The translations under genes and the position numbers were made by a program. Of a stretch of DNA of 64,000 bases, positions 12,072 to 25,062 are shown one piece after another. The notes beneath the pieces are model-generated. The model did no database searches. It saw nothing but the letters and a program-made list of their open reading frames with translations, and was not told the origin of the DNA. The stretch's first letter is position 1, and each line of letters opens with the position of its first letter. This DNA comes from Takakia lepidozioides (Eukaryota; Plantae; Bryophyta): positions 16,430,001 to 16,494,000 of the forward strand of contig CM060734.1 of the NCBI GenBank assembly GCA_030704615.1, read 5' to 3'.

Positions 12072-13404
12072 ATGAAAGACACGGTGACCACACCAGCAGA
12101 GCTCGGATTCCGATTATCTGGAATGCAGGTCCTTTGTTCCACCTCCTTTTGCAACTGTTGGAGTTTGGTTGCATATAATGGCTCTATCAAGACTCTTATC
12201 TATTGGAAAAGGGTGCATTAACTCCTTTAACATGCATCCTACATTAAAACTACTTGTATGCATTTATCCCTATATGAGTTGCTGATGTTAAATATAAAGA
12301 AAAAGATGATCAGAGAAGCAGACTGCCACAAAATTCAAGAAAGGGGTTGTTGGGTATGTGCCCTCAATCATCCACCTCCTCCCCTTCTCTTGTGCAACAC
12401 TTGATGTACTAAGTTTCTTGTTTTCTTCTAACTTGTGCTATGGGTCTCTGTGGGTGTTTCTTCCGCTCCCTCTTCAAAATCAGGCTGAGTATTTTGCTAA
12501 GGCTACCAGAGAGCAGAGTTTGCTGCAGTCGCATCACCATTTCATGTCATTCCATTTCATTCCCTTCAACTTCCAGAGACTTACAAAATGGGAAGGAGAA
12601 GAGAAGTGATGTCTGTATTGTGGGGTTGGGACCTAAAAGCAGTCATGTATTTGTTTAGGTGTATGAGGCAGCTAGTGGAACAACATGGAAAGCTGATCGT
12701 GACTGGTATAGAGATCTAACCAATGACTCAACAGCTGTTGCAATGAAGCGTTTCGTCTCATCAAATTCATCCAATGAGACCAACTTTGATGCTGCACTGG
12801 CACCTGCTATCTATTGTGGGCCTCAGGGGGCTCTTGCACAGTTTCAACTGCTCAAAGAATGGTAGAAATGTCTTCAATCTTCCTTACCATAATTTCGTTA
12901 TTTTGGCTGCTTGACTAAGTTTTGTTTTCTTTTCATTGTCTCACCTCAACCAATTCGTGGCTCAGGCATCTTCCAACACAGTACTACCACACTTGAGGGA
13001 CATGGACAAAGAGGGCCTCCCAGACCCACACCTGTTTTGATTCCCGGTTCACCATAGTAAGCTTATCCACCTTTAGCTCCTCATGGCAGGAAGAACAAAA
13101 CAAAGTATTAATGGGTTGACTGCGGGTTGTGTTTGACAGGATTGAGAAGCAAACATTCTATCATTTCTACTCTGCCTCAATTCTGATAATCTACGAGGGG
13201 GAGCCTTCAACTCCAGCTACTGATGAAGGCAGCCCAGCCACTCGAGTGCATCCTCTAAGACGTGTATCTGTCAAAATGGTGGATTTTGCCCATGTACTGC
13301 GCGAGCAAAACTCAGTTGATGAAAATCTGTTGGAAGGTCTGAACTCATTGGAACTTTACCTTGCGGACATTGTTAATGATGTTCCTGAGGCAGATGTGTG
13401 TTGA
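12072..13404 (+). pseudogene. IPK2: Inositol polyphosphate multikinase (IPK2-like), last three exons (~12072-12128, 12659-12861, 13140-13404); 5' part not found
   Basis: Spliced translation across GT-AG introns in compatible phase: KDTVTTPAELGFRLSGMQ|VYEA...KRFVSSN...LLKEW|IEKQTFYHFYSASILIIYE...VKMVDFAHV...DENLLEGL. These match the IPK SLL and IDF/VDFAH motifs. The PxxxDxKxG motif was not seen upstream. Confidence 0.85.
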
Positions 13405-13683
13405 AGCCTCTTGTAGCTGATGAGGATACTTGTCTATCACCCGTGTAACTTTAGTTCATAGACTCCAGACTTTCCTCAGCTTGCAGTCAGTGCAGGACAG
13501 AGTTTGGCGAGAGATGACAATGAGACCTGCAAGACATGAGTGGCTTCCAACGTGTTAGCTCAATCTAGGATCCAAATCTATCTGACCCCACCTTCACAGT
13601 CTTCATTTTTGACCGTCCTGTTTGATCAAATTTGACCAATGCAAGACTTCCTTTGACAATCAGTGGTTAGCTTAACTAGACCG

Positions 13684-14056
13684 GTTACAAAGACTCTGGA
13701 TCTGACAACCATTTTGAATAGATGGCTCTTAAGCGGCTCCTCATATTGTTGGTGACATTGTGGTGTACTGGAGTGACGGTGGCCCACTTGAATGCCCAGT
13801 CTATTATCAATATCTGGAACCCAGTTGCTTTTGATGCCTGTGATCTTGAAAGCAATTCTGCAGAAACCCAGTTACAAAGACTCTGGATTTGACAACCATT
13901 TTGAATAGATGGCTCTTAAGCGGCTCTTCATATTGTTGGTGACATTGTGGTGTACTGGAGTAACGGTGGCCCACTTGAATGCCCAGTCTATTATCAATAT
14001 CTGGAACCCAGTTGCTTTTGATGCCTGTGATCTTGAAAGCAATTCTGCAGAAACTC
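13684..14056. repeat. 187-bp tandem duplication
   Basis: GTTACAAAGACTCTGGAT...TCTGCAGAAAC starts at 13684 and 13871, nearly identical. Confidence 0.9.
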
Positions 14057-15667
14057 CTCAAGTCATGGATAGCAGTGAGCAAATCAACCAGAACATCCTT
14101 CTGTTACCAATTGTCCCCAAATTGACCATACAACAAACAATCTATGTTGTTCGAAGTCTTGATGAATCAGTTAGAGTACTACAAACCGATCCATCTTTTA
14201 GAGTGGCTTACACTCCATAAAAACTTTGGTCCATTCCAGCTTCTTGCTAGAAACAACCAAAGTGCAAACAACCCCTCAATAAATTTGGTCTTGCCTTTTC
14301 CAAAAAACAAGCAAATAAATAAATAAATAAATAGCTAGTGCAGTGACCAACAGGCTCATATTCTTGCATGTTTTGAAAAGTTACCATGAAAATTACAAAG
14401 TTGTAATATACAAAGCCAAAGCATGCATATACCATATACTAGTTAATAATAACCTAGCACCTCTCCACTGTCCTTGACCTCCCTCTGAGGAAGTGATGGT
14501 GGCGGCCTTGGGACACCCGGAGCGTCAAAGGAGAGTAGTAGAGACTAGAGACTGGGGCTTGCATCCTTCGTCAACTCTAAGGAGACTTGAGGTTTGTGAA
14601 GATGTGCACCCTCCACTATCTAGATTTGTAGAATTCAGAGTATGACCGTGTTTGATCAGAAGTTGCACCCTAAACAATCGCTTTAGAAAGTAGGCTACCG
14701 GAGGACGACCCTCTCTCTCTCACAGACGCGCAGTTTCTCTGGCTCTTGGGCTTCCGTGGGCGTCGCAAAGTTCCTTTTTCCAACGATGGCTATGGCAAAC
14801 GCAGACTTTCACATCTTTTTCTCATTATCATCTCTGTCTAAAATTTTCATAAGAACTCCGAGCGCGTTGGGGATTTGACTTTGCCAGGATGCACTCTCCC
14901 GTCGGTCTGGTTACGGCACCGGAGTTTCGTCAGCTTTGTTCGATTTGTTCGATTGAGGGCCTTCCTAAATTGAGATTGTTATTGTACGTGGCAGCTGAGT
15001 TTTCTTTGCAAAGAATTTGTTGTCTATGTGACCGGTTTTGCTGGAAAGCTGGAGGAGTTCTATGGGTCAGAGAGATTCGAGATCCTATCCTTCCACTTTA
15101 TCAGTAGTGTAGTGCAAGCATGTTCAAAACAACTTTGACATTGCCAGTGTGAATGCGCTCGGGGTTTTTGTTCCATTGACATCTGGATTGCCACGCGATG
15201 CGGGTGGTGATTCCCTTGAAACACCAGGAGCCTATGGCGAGTTTGATGAAGACCATGGAGCTCTTGTATGCAATTCCATTACATTTAACAATACATATTG
15301 CAGGCATGGGTTTTCGGTTTATGGTTTTCCATGGGGGTTTGAAATTTGGGTTGCGGGATCAGTGTTTGTAGTTACGGTTTCCCCGTGTTTCCCCGGGTAT
15401 AGAATTTGTCGTCAATGCCGTGTTTGCCGTACAATCAATTTCATTTCAGTCCATGAATCCTCCACTCTTCAGGACTCACGTTCATCCCACATTCATCCAT
15501 GCCTCTTTCGTCCGTCCGTTTTTTATGACATATTCATCCCACATTGCATGCATGGAGCACGACATGGAATGGTCCCTGACTGCCTACATGAATTTGCATT
15601 CAGAATAGTTTACATCCACGGCAATATGCCATGTATTACCTCGGCTGTAGGCTCTGCTTCCCTAATC

Positions 15668-15743
15668 TGCTCACGCTTAAAGAATTTTGCTCACGCTTAA
15701 GGGATTATGCTCACGCTTAAGGGATTATGCTCACACTTAAGGG
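15668..15743. repeat. 20-bp tandem repeat x4 containing TGCTCAC (DNA-transposon subterminal-type motif)
   Basis: TGCTCACGCTTAAGGGATTA units. The TGCTCAC motif also clusters at 29170-29206, 41959-41981, 48105-48111 and 52520-52539. Confidence 0.65.
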
Positions 15744-16256
15744 TCTCGGGATCATCATGAGGCCGATGGCTTAGCAGAGAGAGTTGTTCAGACGGTGAAG
15801 AGGGGTTTGCGCAAGTATAGCATGCAGAATGGACACCTAGGAGATTGGGATCTTCAGGTTCCTTGGTTAGCCATGGGCTATAGGTTCAGCAAACAAGCAT
15901 CACTTGCCTCCGTCTCACCATATTTCCTTCTCTTTGGCCGAGAGCCGGATTTGCCTGCAGCCATTCGTAGGGACACTGCTCAAGTCCTTAACCTTGACGA
16001 TCCGGACGTGTGGGTACGTGCATGTGATCAGCGTGCAGAGTTGTTCAAGAAAGTCATGCCCATGGCTTTTGAGAACCTTGCCATTGCACAACACCGTGAT
16101 ACGTTGAGGTATGCCACTATACATGGTGGAGGATATCGTCTTGGGGTTCGGAGGTTTAGCCCTGGTGACTATGTTTATTTGTAGCAGACTGCTCCTATGA
16201 CTCTAGATGTTACTGCAGGGCGTGTTATTCTGAGGGTTCGAGAGGTGTTGCCCTCA
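15744..16256 (+). mobile_element. Isolated integrase C-terminal fragment of the DNMT/PHD-gypsy family (piece B)
   Basis: Translates SRDHHEADGLAERVVQTVKRGLRKY...GDYVYL*QT...REVLPS, homologous to about 10788-11304. Confidence 0.9.
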
Positions 16257-19200
16257 CACACATGCTCATGATACAATTTTATTTTCATGCTCGGATACGT
16301 CGGTGACAGGGATCAAGCATGGGTTCCCCTATGTTTTAGTTCTTTCATGCAAACAAACACTACAGTGCGGCAAGCAGCAAACTACCGGCACTGATCTCTT
16401 TTTCCCAGGAGGGCATTTCCACTTTTTAGTATGAATTCAATTCAAGGAGCTTCCAAGGAGTCTTGGTCTCCTACAAAAAATCTTGAAGAGGTTTTATCCA
16501 GCGGTAACGGCCGATTGGGATTTTGCTATGTTAAGTACCTTCAGGGAACAGGACGAAACCGGAATTCAGCGCTGTTTGGGGAGGGTTTTTTAATGTGTGG
16601 TTGAAAGTGAGACAAGATGATGTGGAAGGAATTTCAGCCCCAAGCGTCGATCTGTTCACAACCCAAAAAATATGCTACGCGTTGAAAACGGTGTTTTCAC
16701 GGCGTTTTAGCGTTTGTTGAGTTTCCATGGTTGATGGTGCAACCACATGGACTTGAAGTTTGGTGGGTGTTTCAAGAATACCACAAGGAAATTTGTGGCC
16801 AAGTTTCAACAATTCACTATTTTTGAAGTTTTCGGGCGCCGGTGGCCACAACACATTCATTTGAAGGGGAGTTTTGGGCCACAAATATCTAGCACCGTCC
16901 CCAACCAACTGGTTGGATGAAATGTGCCACCTACCAACCAAAAAGTGGTTGATAGCCTTTTCCATCCAAAGATTTTGGATGTCATCCATTCTTTTTTTAT
17001 AGTTTTTTCTAGTATAAGTAGGTTAGGAGGTGCGCTTGCTCACCACTTCACTCTTGTTTTTTTGCTTGTAGTTGCTTGTTTCTGAGTTGCTTAGAGATCT
17101 AGCTTGAGAGCTTGCTTAGTCTTTGCATCTTGCTTGTGAAGTCCTAGTTGCTTGTTGGCTTAAAGCTTAGCCTAGTTGTTTTAGGCAAGCTTGGAGGAAG
17201 CAACTAGAGGTGCTAGGAAGACTAGGGAGACCCTAGGTGCCTAGTTTGTAAGGCCAAGAGCCATATTGAAGTGAAAAATGAGATAAACTTTTCCAAAAAG
17301 CAAAGTGTTTGTCATTTGAGAGTGTGGTGAGCCCTTGGAGTGTGTGAAGATGAGGTAGGAGCAACAAACCCTATAGGAGAGGTGAGCACTACCCCTTCCC
17401 CTTAAGTTTTGGTAGCCCACTTAGCCAGGTGAAGCATTTTGAGTGGAAAGAAGAAGTTCTTAGCCCTTTGTCTATTCTTGTCTGTTGAAGACCTTTTAAA
17501 CTAACCCTAGCTTGGTCCTACTAACCAAGGAATGGTGGGAGCTTGGGAAAGAGGTGTTGCTATGTGTGTTGCTAGGTGCTATGTGTACAGCTCTCGCTAC
17601 CCTGTTTTTGCTGGGTCCCCTTTGTGAGTCATAAGAACAAAGTGTGGTACTCTGGAATCTCTAGGAACGACGACCCAGCTCGCAGCGCTGGCAGTTCTTT
17701 CACCCCTCCCCGTTGTACCAGGAAAGGATCTCCAATGATACGGGCTTACGTGCATCAGTTCCCCATTCTCACCGATTTGCACCAACCACTAAAGTCACTA
17801 GGAACAAGCTCGAGTGGCCCTCAAGACACCCATTCAATGAAGGTAACCCGATGGCTATCTCTCTATGCAGAGTTCACACTACTCTACGCTACCTGCATGT
17901 GCCTGGAATGCCAGGGTATCACGATGTTATCCGTTATCGTAAGGAGGTTTCTACGCACTTATCTCGCTGCGAAACCCACTGGCCCATCCATGTTCAAGCC
18001 GCGGCTTCTCTCTGGAGCCACACAGGCCTGGCATCCATGATGCCCCCCTACTTTTGGAACCATGGTGCCCTCCCTAATTTTTGCAAGACAAGTGCCCGGG
18101 GCACCCGCTGCACGACGTCATACAGCCGATCTGGGAAGCTTAGTCTGAACCTTGGGAACCTCAGAGGATGTGGGAAGGGGGGAGCAGGGCTCCCAGCCCA
18201 CTGCGCAATGTTCACGATGACACCCCCCCACACCAGCTAATCGCCAGTCCGATATCTCTGCCTCGACCCAGTCACAACTTCACTAGGTGCAATTATTCCT
18301 CACCCACTCGTTTCTTACCCAAATGCTTACAAGGTACTTTGACCCCCTGCTACCATTATTTTCCGCTTCACTATCTTATGATTACTAATCTTCCCCCCCC
18401 CCCAAATCAACTCCCGTACTCTCGCAATGTACTCTCACTTCCACTACCATCTCAGAAGTCTACCAAGATGTCGCCTGCACTCCCGTGCAACCTCACTAAT
18501 CCCAACCAAAACCCACACTTACAGAGATCTCAACGTACAGTTGCCTCTTCCAATTATTATGCCATGTTGCGTTTGCCACATACTCTTCACTGCATTACTA
18601 TAAACTCTGTAAGTTCTACCTCCAGCCTTTCTGCTTTTCTCTATAACCACCCCTGGACTACAGTAAACATCACCTGCACCAAACAGACAACCCCAAATTA
18701 CTACGAAGGCACACCCTCAAGGGAAGTCACTCACCTACATGTTAAATTTCTTCTTCACTCTACATCCCACCTCTACTCCCAGCTTTGTCTACATGCCTAA
18801 GCCCCTTCTAATTCAGCCCTTGGCACTGTTTTGTTTTTCTATGACCATGTTATCGGCTTTAATACCATGTCTCAAGAGTGCATCTCTGGACTAGCGTAGA
18901 CAGGCTCAGACCTGCTTGCCTCGTAAACTGGAATGTTGGGCTGATTCCCAACCACCTCCTCCACTGGCTGCTCACCAAGTCAGCTGCCTTTCATCTCATA
19001 ACATCATTACACAATTTCCCTCACTTACTTCCCGTTGCAGGTCGGAGAGCTATCCGCATACCACCATGTACTTGTCCCTCACCACCATCACTGGCGCTCC
19101 AAAACCCACTCAGCAACTCTGCAATGACAGCTTACAATTATGCTAGTATGATGCCTTCACCCCGGGCTGCTTATCTGAGGGCTCCTGGAGCAATGAGTCT

Positions 19201-19960
19201 GGGCAGATATGCGTAGTGGCACGCCATGTTGCTGCAATGAACAGCGATATGAGTGGTGACTGTGTTATCAAAATCTGCTGCCACATTCGAGAACCTCTCT
19301 CTCTCATGCAACGCAGCCTTGTGGGAGACACCATATTCAGCACATGGCCTCTCACCCACTCTAGTTCATTCAACCCCGTGATCAAGTACTCAAGGCTATA
19401 ACGCGGTAGCACCTCAACATGACCAGTGGAAGCTGTCCATCACCCACACCACTTCGGGCCACGATAGTAGCTCGAATGTCTATGAGACTAAGACAAGCAC
19501 ACACAGCGTGGCTGCCCCCTGGCGGTCAGAGACGGAGTTACAACAGGTCTCAGCGTTCAACCAAACTGCTCACACCCTCCTCCTAGTGGTGAGGATCGAG
19601 AGCCCGCCTCAGATCTATGCGAAAAGGTTGCCACTGCAATGCCCTCAATGGCATCCCTTCACAAACCGCGTCACCCATAGACAAGACACCATCCCAGATG
19701 TGCACGGATAATTGGATTTGGCAGAAAACTCCACTCACCATACGCCAACTGATCCAGACTTGCCTGCATGGGGGGCCTTGTTTGGTGCCCGCAGAATTCA
19801 TGACAATGTAAAGGTTGAGCAGCAGGTCCTGGTGGACTTCAAGGAGAAGAAGAACATAGGCTTATTGGATATGCTACACAATCAGCCAACTGCTAGAGAG
19901 TTAACAATATCTCAACCAGCTCAATCATCAGAAGCACAATGGCACAAAAGCTACTCTCAC

Positions 19961-20035
19961 AGGAGCTTGAATGATGCGCGCCCAGTGTTTGATGTTGTGA
20001 TCTCATGGAATACAATGATAGCCAGATTTGCCCAC
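19961..20035 (+). pseudogene. PPR (PLS-type) motif fragment
   Basis: RSLNDARPVFDVVISWNTMIARFAH resembles the xSLxDARxVFD...VISWNxMIAG PPR consensus. Confidence 0.55.
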
Positions 20036-20913
20036 ATAGAAAGATCCCCGAGAGGGACTCACCACTACTGCAGCATGCTCACTTGGGATGTCTCTCTGGG
20101 AAAAGCTCTTGGATGGGTTTGTCGCAGGCTCTACTGGAGCCGATCACCAGATTACTACAAGGTTCAGACACGCCGTGGACAAGACCTCATGTTCAGCGGG
20201 AGTGGTGGTGCCTGCACATCACCTCAACTCTTTTACACCTCTGGGCCCCTGCTGGATTTCAGGCTCTTTGCAAAGATGGCCTTCAATTCCACCAAGGAGG
20301 CGGACTTCTGGTGCACCCATGCAGCAACACAACTCTGGAAAACAGATAACTACTACCCTCACCCTGTGCTTTGTTCTTTCCATGTCCACCCCTCACTACT
20401 GGTCACTATGTTCCCGCTTGCCCTACATGATGTACAGAGTCAAAGTCATGATCAACCAGATTTATGCTGCCCCCATGTAACACATTGCAGATTTATGTCA
20501 CGCTCGAATTCTTATGCCGAGATAATCTCCAACTTTACCTTTGCATACGTAACAGTCAGAGCTCAATACCATGATCAAAATCCCTTGTTGTTGGACGATG
20601 CTTTCCCTTTCTAAGCATAATCTGCTAGAAAAGAGCTCCACGGAGCGCACCCAGCAGGGGCTCTCTAATTTTATCCACCTCTGTGTTCATTCTCCTGGCT
20701 TCAATTACGTAACATGCACATGTATGGCTGGTCTTGTTGGGTGCCTTACAGGTCTGAGCAATGGCAGTGTATAACTTCTCCACCACACTGCACGAACCCC
20801 CGCCTCAGTTTCACCTTGGTGGCTGGTCCTATTAATGACCATGACAACATGTAGCAAGACTCTATTTACAATGATCTCCACTCTCCATATTACACTCCTC
20901 TTTCACAAGTTTA

Positions 20914-21283
20914 TTTGATCTACTGGCTCCCTGAGCCATACTCAATCTCACATCCATATTTCTCTCCCCAAGTCATGATTTTACATAGTGACCCACGCAA
21001 TTTCTCCCCAACACATAATACATATAACATTCGTATCTGTTTGATCTACTGGCTCCCTGAGCCATACTCAATTTCACATTCATATTTCTCTCCTCAAGTC
21101 ATGATTTTACACACCAATTTCTCTCCAGCTCATAATACGTGTGGCATACGTATCTGTTTGATCTACTGGCTCCCTGAGCCATACTCAATTTCACATTCAT
21201 ATTTCTCCCCCCAAGTCATGATTTTACACAACGACCCACACACTTTCTCTCCAGCTCATAATACGTATGACATACGTATCTGT
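20914..21283. repeat. ~120-bp tandem repeat x3
   Basis: TTTGATCTACTGGCTCCCTGAGCCATACTCAAT recurs at about 20914, 21040 and 21157. Confidence 0.9.
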
Positions 21284-21372
21284 TTTTACTCACCGGTGCA
21301 CTCCCCACGAAATAACCACCCACAATACGTCGACCCACTCTCCAGTTCATAATGCATAGTACACGAATATAC

Positions 21373-22108
21373 CAGTGTTGTACTGGTATGTGCCAGTAGG
21401 CCGGGGTATGTGCACTGGTATGAGTAAGGGTATTGTAGAACATACCAGTTGGGTATGTCTTGGGGCATATACCCCGGCTATACCATGGACCCGGGTTTTG
21501 AACACTGGACCTACCCCCCTACCTACCATACCAGTCTAAGTATGAACTACTTTCATACTCCGCTTGAGACCTGTATTGAGGATTGATGAACCCAAGCTAG
21601 CATGGGTATGTGTAATGATACAATCGGGGTAGAAGGTATGGCATACAATGATTAGCATACAAGGTACAATATGCACAATTTCTTCAGTTTTTGTCATGGC
21701 ATCTAGCTTTTTTCCCATTTGTTACAATCCAGCCTTACAATACAAAGACCTTCACTAATTTATGAGTTGCAATACAAATTAGTTTGCATGGGCATGTATG
21801 ATTGCAATTTTTTTTTACCTTTTGTATGTTGCTCTCAATCTGGTTTTAATTTCAGCTTTGAATACAGTATGATGACTGTTAGGGTATACCATACCATTGC
21901 ACATGACCCCCCCATATGTCATTTGAATTTTTGCCATACCCATGCCTGGGACCAGGGTATCTCAAAATTGGAAATACCCATACCCATCCTATAACCTACC
22001 CTGGCCAGTCCTAATCTACCCCGGGCCCTACCAGTTGGACCCAAGAGCCAAGTTGGACCTACCCGTACCAGTCTGGTATGTCAAAATGGACATACCAGTA
22101 CAACACTG
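21373..22108. mobile_element. Non-autonomous hAT-type element (736 bp)
   Basis: 19-bp perfect TIR CAGTGTTGTACTGGTATGT / ACATACCAGTACAACACTG. 8-bp TSD GAATATAC at 21365-21372 and 22109-22116. Confidence 0.92.
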
Positions 22109-23163
22109 GAATATACCACCCAGATATACCTCTCATGCACACCACTCAAATACACTACTTGGACATACTATTCATTTGTACTCTTCAGCCTTGATGCTAT
22201 CCCCAAACACATTTTCCACTTCCCATACCACCTTAATATTGGCAAACAATTCTTATGCTACTTACACCTCGATGCTACGTCTTACAAACAATTCTTATAT
22301 AGTCTATACCTCCATACTACTTACAAATAATTATTACCTTGTTCAAATATTACTCTCCACTTGTAGCTATACCGCACCCAAAGTTTCTGCCTCTACCAAT
22401 CTACCCAACTACAACTCCCATACCACTTATACCCTAACCCCGCCAAAACTCAAACATAGTACGGGTATCATACCAAGCACCCCCTTAATTTCTACCTATA
22501 CCAATCTACCCAGCAATAATTCCACCAACAACACCATAACCCCGCCAAATTATAAATATACCACGGTTATCATACCAAGTACTATATTAGTATACTTATA
22601 TACGACCCCCATGTCCACATCAGATGAGCGCTACATCCACTACCTATTCATAAAAATACCCGCCACCCACATTAACCCTTCCAACATTATTATTGCACCG
22701 TACATACCGACATCCCCCCCACCTAGTGTTTATACCCAAATAAACCCCATACCATATGTACATTATCCCCACCACATACCCATGAAATTAACCCCACCCT
22801 CCATCAATCCCTACCACAATCATAGGGGAACCGGTCGTCCAGGATTGGCTCTCACCTAGGGTCTCTACCCCCTCACAACTGCTACAATACATCCATCGGG
22901 ATATCAACGCCACATCAGGCACTCCCCCCCTCCATTTATCATTACACCAACCCCCTCACTCCCTGCACACTAGCTCCACACTCACCTCTGAGACCACACC
23001 ACACCGCATAAATGGACCACATCACGCCCACTTCTACCCTCCCACACGACCTAATAAGATACTCAAAATATACCACCCCATTACCCATTGCCCTCATGGG
23101 CGATATCGTTTTATCCCCTTAGCATCCAAACATCACCTTCACCATCCTCCCTCGCCTGACACC

Positions 23164-23427
23164 ATGTACTGCAACCTTTGTATCACTCTTACCTTGCTCA
23201 GATGCAGGGACATCCATCCCAACCCAGGTCCTACCTCTATAGATGACATCACCAGTCAACTGCTAGCTAACCAACAGGATCGATATGCACTATACTTTTG
23301 CCCAAACAGCATATCCTTTGTTCACACCTATCGTCACCTATATGACCACTTCGCCCCTTTCCTTCCCACACTGGCCACCAACAACCAACTCCCCAAACAG
23401 AGGGGGCTGCTACTTCATGAGCCATGA
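23164..23427 (+). pseudogene. Degenerate non-LTR retrotransposon-like ORF remnant with a 2A-like motif
   Basis: LLRCRDIHPNPGP at 23194-23232, in a C/A-rich decayed stretch. Confidence 0.45.
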
Positions 23428-24280
23428 GCAGACTCGTAACTGTCGAAAAAATCACGAGCAAGATTTTTTTTCAGAAATGATTGTCCACGGAAATAGGGTG
23501 TAGGGTCTCACGCTCATAGGGGGACAAGGACCTCACAATGAAGGAGGTTGGGCAATGTTTTTTTAAATTAAATATTGAAACTCCAAAGTTTAAATTCATT
23601 GTCATGCTTCCGGATACAACGGATGTCGACATCTCAGCCGACATCTATACATGCACATTGTACACACTGAAACTCAAATAGTGACCGTATTGTAGAGAAA
23701 CATGCTGAAGCTTAATGAATTCTGTGACGCTGACTAGGTATTCACGGTAACCATCCCGTCCTCACAATATTCCTCCAGCAACCTCGTGAAAACATAGTGC
23801 ACTTGGTGGCGGTTTTGATCAAAGTGCACCACCACCTCGTCTTCCTCCGACTCTTCAACATTGCAACACGCCATCTATCCGGGTCCTCAAAAAGCGGGAA
23901 GTCTTTGTCCCCGATCCGCATGTTCCAGAGTCGCCAACTACCACTACGCAGCTGGTCTCCCCACCTGTCCAACAGATCCCAAGTCCACTCGTGGACAAGT
24001 ATGGACACTTGGTGTTCAGGTGGCTCATCGCTGAAAAGTGGACCTGGACATAGCAAGACGGCAATGTCGCCAACCCGGGCAGAATAACCTCTGTCCTGTT
24101 GAAGCCCAGGGCAACCTTCTTGACCACACGCCATAGAAACAACGAAAGGGATTAACAAATAAACGACGGAAGGGCAAATGGGGATTGTGAAGAAAAGCCG
24201 CATGTTAACCGCTGGTTTATGACTTAGACAAAACAGGCTCTCAGCACTACTACCCATTTCCCAAGACATGCAATAGAGGT

Positions 24281-25062
24281 TGTCCGACGGTATGCTTTCA
24301 GAAATGATTACAAAGTAATCGTTTTATGGATAGCTAAACCATGGCCGTCGTATGAATCAATATCTCTGTAGGTTACTTAATCCTATTGATTAAGCCCAAC
24401 CTATAGTCTCAGTAGCCTAAAAGATCTTAGTCGGAAAGGCTGAAGCCTCTTTGTTCATATAGTCAGATGGTAGTCAAGACAAAACAAGAGCTATTCTGAG
24501 ATGCTACACATTCTCACCATCTCACGTTCACTCTACACAGATATACTTGGAATAGCATGGCTTTACTTTAGAGTTCATCACATCATAGCATAAGTACACA
24601 TCGAATCACGTCTCTGAGTCCACTGAATACACACTGATCACTGATACCTTCTAAGTCACGTGTAGCCCTTTTATACTATGCTCAAAAGAGCCGTTACAGC
24701 CTGAAGTCGTTAATGACCGTTGCCTAACTGCCTACGCAACCTAAAGGGTTTGCTAAAAAAATGGCTCGTTGTAGTGGTCGTGTGCCATAGTGGTACACGG
24801 TCCACGGTCCTTCACTACTTTCTCTATTAGTAAAAACCGATGCTAACGTGGCCGTGTGATATCGTGGTTCACGGCCGACGGTTGCTATACTACCCACTAC
24901 TGCTCCCGTGGTAATGTGCCCTTGTTCCGCCGTTTGCTAAGTGCCGCATACTTAGCCTTTTCTGCCCGTGGTGTAAACCAATCACCATCCGGTATGTCCC
25001 ATCGTGACCCTCGTTGTCTGGCCCTCGTATCTTAGCCATTATCATTTATCCCCCCCCCCTCT
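24281..25062 (-). mobile_element. Probable 3' LTR (25044 to ~24281) with PPT of another gypsy element
   Basis: Minus strand reads AGAGGGGGGGGGGATAAA followed by TGATAATGG. Candidate end ...CGGACA at 24281. No second LTR is present to confirm. Confidence 0.5.

Noticed and set aside
19712-20614. 300-aa ORF as a real gene
   Set aside because: Appears to be a patchwork with only a short PPR scrap recognisable and no coherent domain.
21942-22859. 305-aa ORF
   Set aside because: Low-complexity T/P/Y/N composition from C/A-rich DNA, and it spans the boundary of a hAT element.
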